Source of the DNA: Tachypleus tridentatus
Taxonomy: Eukaryota
Length of the DNA stretch: 64,000 nt
NCBI RefSeq assembly: GCF_004210375.1
Contig: NC_134837.1
Span: 252,489,964 to 252,553,963 of the forward strand
Reading direction: 5' to 3'
Below the pieces are notes generated by a model, which ran no database searches, was not told the origin of the DNA, and was given only the letters and a program-made list of their open reading frames with translations. The translations under genes and the position numbers were made by a program. Shown here one piece after another: positions 59,746 to 64,000 of this stretch. The first letter of the stretch is position 1; each line of letters starts with the position of its first letter.

Positions 59746-60017
59746 GGCCCGGCATGGCCAGATGGTCAGGGTGCTCGACTCGTAATTTCAGGGTTGAGAG
59801 TTCGAATCCCGGTCACACCACACATGTTCGCCTTTTCAGCCGTGGGGCGTTATACTGTAACAGTAAATCTCATTTTATGTTTATAAATGTGTATCTCAAG
59901 AGTTGGCGATGGGTAGTGATGACTAGATGCCTTCCCTGTAGTCTGTAACTGCTAAATTAGGGACGGCTAGTGCAGATAGTTCTCGTGTAGCTTTGCGCGA
60001 AATTCAAAAAACAAAAT
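59746..60017 (+). mobile_element. SINE-A full-length copy, diverged, with an internal AT-rich substitution; its tail forms the left edge of dup copy 2
   Basis: GGCCCGGCATGGCCAGATGGTCAGGGTGCTCGACTCGTAATTTCAGGGTTGAGAGTTCGAATCCCGGTCACACCACACATGTTCGCCTTTTCAGCCGTGGGGCG..GTGCAGATAGTTCTCGTGTAGCTTTGCGCGAAATTCAAAAAACAAAAT. Confidence 0.85.
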
Positions 60018-63000
60018 AATCTTCGTAAATCTATAATTATCTCATTCCCGTCTAAAGGGCTGTATGTTTGTCATTATACATTGCTGTCTTCAAAGGAAGT
60101 TTTACGTTAAAGATAGCTAATTATTCTCTTTTTCTTTTCGGCTTTCAGGAATACTTTGGGTACTTTATTATAAGGGTTAGTAATTCTACGAACACATGAG
60201 TGGGACAGAGGTAAAGGTGTTGATACTGGTACTAAGAGTTTTTTAAAAATCTACGTTTTACGTTTGGCTAGGTGTTTTCTTTCCTCTGCGTTCAGCCGTA
60301 TTATATTATAATGACAAGGTCGTGTATCATTTTATTAGTTTTGTGATTTTTGTTTATTTTGTAGTGTCTGATATTTGTTTCTATTATGACAAAGCGAATG
60401 CATCGAACCCGAAATCTTTTTCCAAAACACCTGATATTAAATTTCACATTTAACAAGTTATATAGTGGCGGAAGGCATACAGAGTGTGTTGTTAGAGAGA
60501 GAGCCAATTCCCAAAAAAAATAATATACATCAGCGACTGTGGCTTAGGAAAAGAGTTATTGTATATGGGTTCCTCATTTGAGTAATATCATGTTATTTAT
60601 CTATTGTCCCCTTCATTAAGTATATGATATACCACTTAATATATCAAATAGATTTACATTTATTTTACGTCAATATGCCCTTAATTATAAAACATGTATT
60701 ACAAAGATTGAGTGTCATTATTAATTTAGAATTTTTATTTAGAGTTAGTCTGGACATACTAATCTGGCCCAAGCTTATGGATTTACGGACGAAACTGTTG
60801 TTAACAGCAAGGGTGCCCAACTAACAAAACAATCCACACTAGTTTTTATAAATAGCCACGTAAGAAAAGTGCATTTGATTAATTATTCTGATGACCAGAT
60901 AGCCTACTGTGATTGGAAGAATTTTTTTTTTAATTTTAACTTTCAGGTTTTCTCCTGATTTCACTGCTGTATAGTTTCCTCAATATCTGAATAAAAGTTT
61001 TCGATTTTATCTTCTTCATTATCAGATGATGGCGCATAAACTTGTGGGATAATTAAATCAGTGTTTTATCTAAATCTTGAATACGATTATACCATCTCGG
61101 ACAAACCAAAAGCTTTTCACGAAGTTGCTTGATTTCTCTTTGAACCAGTATGAAGTAGGAGTCTACCATGCCCTCTGTGCATTATATATTATTCAAAGAT
61201 CTTTATTGAAGTGAAAGTTTCCGAAGATTTCTTGTAGTTGTTTTCTGTGCACTATTGGCATAAAAACAGTTTGTCTGGAAAAACGTCGATATTTCTTTGT
61301 TCTAGCGTGGCCGTTTCTCTCAGTCTTCCTTCACATCAGATATCGCCTTATTTAGCTTCTTAAAATGCTTAACGTTGGCCGAATGGATGATATTGGTGTA
61401 TCTCGTCCAGCAAATGCCATGAGAAATCGTTTCTTCACGTACTCACGCCATCTTGAGGAAAAGAAACCAGTGGTTTCGAGTAAGCTCGAACCCGGTTTTA
61501 TAGGTCGTTTGTGTATATTTTATACGTGTTTTAGTTGCTTTTCAGTTCATCTAACCATTTTTACGTCCGATTTTGGTAGACCTATATTGAGTGAGTGTAC
61601 ACTCAACTACGCACCTCACTGGATATTTTTCTTGCTGTCATGTCACTAATAAAGACTGTATCACTTAACGAGAACATGCCTAACCTCTTTCTTCCTCATT
61701 CAACTTAAAACTCAGTCAACTTTTCTGATTTAGATAACTCGGAAAATGTCCTATATTACCATATATGTATTAGATCTATTCTGAACTTGCTCTGAAATCA
61801 GTTTACCTAAGAATGTCACACCATCAGATCCGCTCTTCTGTGGTCTTTATTTTCTCTTTAATAATTATATATTTACAGGTCCTAGCATTAATATTACGGA
61901 GTCAAGTTTCATTCTGTTTATTCTGTCTAGTTCTGTTAGACTCGTTCTAGAAAAAGATCTGTTTTAACGTCACTGGGATGCATGTAAACGTGAAAAAAAG
62001 AAATTGTTTTACATCATTGAAACAAGTTTATAAAATGTATGGCAGCAACTACTTTGTTGAATATTATTTGAAAAATAATTATAACTTTCTATAGATTGAT
62101 TTTTGGAAGATAACTTACGTAGACTTATAACATCAGGTGGTCAGTTCTCTAAAAAAATTTGACCCGTATCAGAAATGGCTAAAGAAGTCTCCATAAAAAA
62201 AAGAAAGAACTGCTAACTATACAGTGTGAGAGAAAACTGCAGGACAGAATAATATAAAAGTTACATTTGGAGTGTAGAAACGTATTCAAGGAAAACATAA
62301 ATAGACTGAATATTTTTTTACATGTCAACTTGCTGAAACGTCACGAAAATAAGTTGGACTCAACAAAAGACAATTTAAGAGATAATACTACCTTAGGTGA
62401 GAGAAGAACGTGGACTTGTCACGTCAATCACGAAAACGTGTACTAGTTCCGTATTGATGAAGCATTGCCTGTAGAAGCAAGTGATTGTGGGAAGATTCCT
62501 TGGGAGAAAATTAAGAAACAGAATAAGATAGATTATGTGTAACTAGGAGGACCCATGGATATATGAAGAGAGCAGCTGAAGACAGAGATAAATAATAATG
62601 AGAAATGTGCCTCGAGTCTGTCTAAAAACAAAGCACTTGAAGACGAGGAACATAAACGTTTTTTTTTCACTTTAATTTATGTATGGTTTCCTTTGACGTG
62701 TTCGGATTTAAGTGTATGTGCAGTGTTTGAAACAAGACTTAACAACTAAAACGTTGTAAGTTAAACACAACTCGATGGAAACTGCTTTGAAAAAATTGTT
62801 TTCAACTTTGTAATGGAACCATGATTTTCAGTCTAATTAGTTCAAAACTACCCTCTGAGTGTATCAGTTTACATTAGCGATGTTATAGGATTGGATGAAC
62901 GTCTCAAACTGATAAACATAGAAAAAACACAAACATTCCTACATGTAACCTGATTACCGTAGAAAACATTAAACAGTGTGATCATATGCTTAATATTTTA

Positions 63001-63216
63001 GTAAAAGACAAATTGCTTATTAAAGGTACGTTCTTCTAGTTTAAATGTTCCTGCTTATTAAGCAGTATAAGACCAGGGCACAAAGTCTATTTTAAGTGAA
63101 GTCTTTGAGCTACATATCCAATAGGTGTTAGTCTCAATGTTTCCCTGAAGCTTTAGAACTTTCGTATTCTTCTGTCATTTGAATCTATAAATATTTTTAT
63201 TCAGCCGTAGCAGCAT

Positions 63217-63410
63217 ACATGCTCGCCCTTTCAGCCGTGGGAATGTTCGAATGTGATGATCAATCACACTATTCGTTCGTAGCCCAATAGTTGGCGGTAG
63301 GTGGTGATGACTAGCTGCCTTCCATTTAGTCTTATACAGCTAAATTAGGAATGGCTGGCGCAGATAACCCTCGTGTAGCTATGCACGAAATGCAAAAACA
63401 AACAAACAGT
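63217..63410 (+). mobile_element. SINE-A copy, 5'-truncated (paralogue of 50593-50784, inside dup copy 2)
   Basis: Identical structure to the copy at 50593, including GGGAATGTTCGAATGTGATGATCAATCACAC and GTAGCTATGCACGAAATGCAAAAACAAAC. Confidence 0.85.
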
Positions 63411-63864
63411 TTTCTATTTTGACTACACATTTCTTCAATACTAACTTATTACTTTTTATACCGAACAGTGATCTCATTTTATTTGGAATATTGTTAAATA
63501 ACTGGTCAATATTTGGTTAATAAGTGCTTTGCATCTGCTGTTGTACTTTTTTGTTTCTACATTATCAAAATATATCAATAATGCTATAAACTGTTGTCGT
63601 GAAGAAATTATTATTTTCATGAATTTTCAAGTCAATTCGACTGGAGAATGACATATTGTAAATATAATATTCAGAAACTGCCCGATAGATGGCGGAAATT
63701 ACACAAAATTCATCTCCGTTGGAGAATTTTACTTCCTGTTTGACCGTATTTATCTTTTCCCTAAAACTAGCTACCTTGTTTTGCGATCTTTTGAAGTTTA
63801 ATATTTCAATTAAAAAATATGTTTCCATCGAAACTGTCTGTATTTCACATTTCTCTCAGATGTG

Positions 63865-64000
63865 GGCCCGGCATGGCCAAGTGGGTTCAGACGTTCGACT
63901 CGTAATTTGAAGGTTGGGGTTCGAATCCCCGTCGCACCAAGCATGCTGGCCCTTTCAGCAGTGGAGGTATTATAATGTGACGGCCAATCCCACTATTCGT
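63865..64000 (+). mobile_element. SINE-A copy, cut by the window end (paralogue of 51240-51515)
   Basis: GGCCCGGCATGGCCAAGTGGGTTCAGACGTTCGACTCGTAATTTGAAGGTTGGGGTTCGAATCCCCGTCGCACCAAGCATGCTGGCCCTTTCAGCAGTGGAGG.. Confidence 0.85.

Larger units (their letters stand above)
59987..64000 (+). repeat. Segmental duplication, copy 2 (runs off the window end)
   Basis: Colinear with 47362-51376 at about 97% identity. Contains paralogous ORFs 60301-60507, 60624-60824, 61365-61649, 63565-63828 and 63689-63910. Confidence 0.9.

Noticed and set aside
1921-64000. tRNA genes (tRNA-like cloverleaf heads with A and B boxes occur about 45 times)
   Set aside because: Every tRNA-like head is fused to the conserved ~200-bp SINE-A body or to the SINE-B/C tail. 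Acceptor and anticodon stems are imperfect. These are tRNA-derived SINEs, not tRNA genes. No free-standing 72-90-bp cloverleaf was found.
1-64000. CRISPR arrays or prokaryotic defence or operon structures
   Set aside because: The window is eukaryotic: spliceosomal introns, Pol III SINEs, Tc1 elements, poly(A) signals and a 7TM GPCR. The tandem arrays are minisatellites without unique spacers or cas genes.

Overview
This 64-kb window is AT-rich, repeat-dense eukaryotic genomic DNA, and everything about it looks metazoan. I cannot assign a taxon from sequence alone, and nothing in it is prokaryotic. At least 45% of the window is interspersed or tandem repeat.

Repeats and mobile elements:
- A ~280-bp tRNA-derived SINE, called SINE-A here, has about 31 copies and fragments on both strands.
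- Two shorter, related tRNA-like SINE families are present: SINE-B (~115 bp, 7 copies) and SINE-C (~120 bp, about 11 copies).
- SINE-A and SINE-C end in the same ~40-bp 3' module (GATAGCCC..GTGTAGCTTTGYGC..AATTCAAAACAA).
- A 1.6-kb Sleeping-Beauty-like Tc1 element carries a decayed transposase, and a partial second copy shares the same nonsense lesion.
- A second Tc1-like transposase pseudogene is present.
- A ~245-bp Tc1-type MITE (TIR TACAGGGTGTTYGGAAAGT) and a foldback derivative of it are present.
- Four minisatellites have periods of 32, 35, 44 and 77 bp.
- A direct segmental duplication of at least 4.0 kb (about 97% identity, offset 12,625 bp) runs off the window end. It is compatible with a 12.6-kb tandem duplication.

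Supported protein-coding loci:
- An intronless 796-aa class-A aminergic GPCR, muscarinic-like, with a ~400-aa third intracellular loop.
- An intronless 293-aa arylamine N-acetyltransferase (NAT-family, Cys-His-Asp). It is embedded between a Tc1-like pseudogene and SINEs, inside the duplicated unit.
- Two minus-strand exons of a WD40-repeat gene. A ~60-bp-arm near-perfect hairpin sits in the intervening intron.
- A small CxxC...CxxC ORF with a splice acceptor at its ATG and a poly(A) signal at its stop.

No rRNA, CRISPR or bona fide tRNA genes were called.
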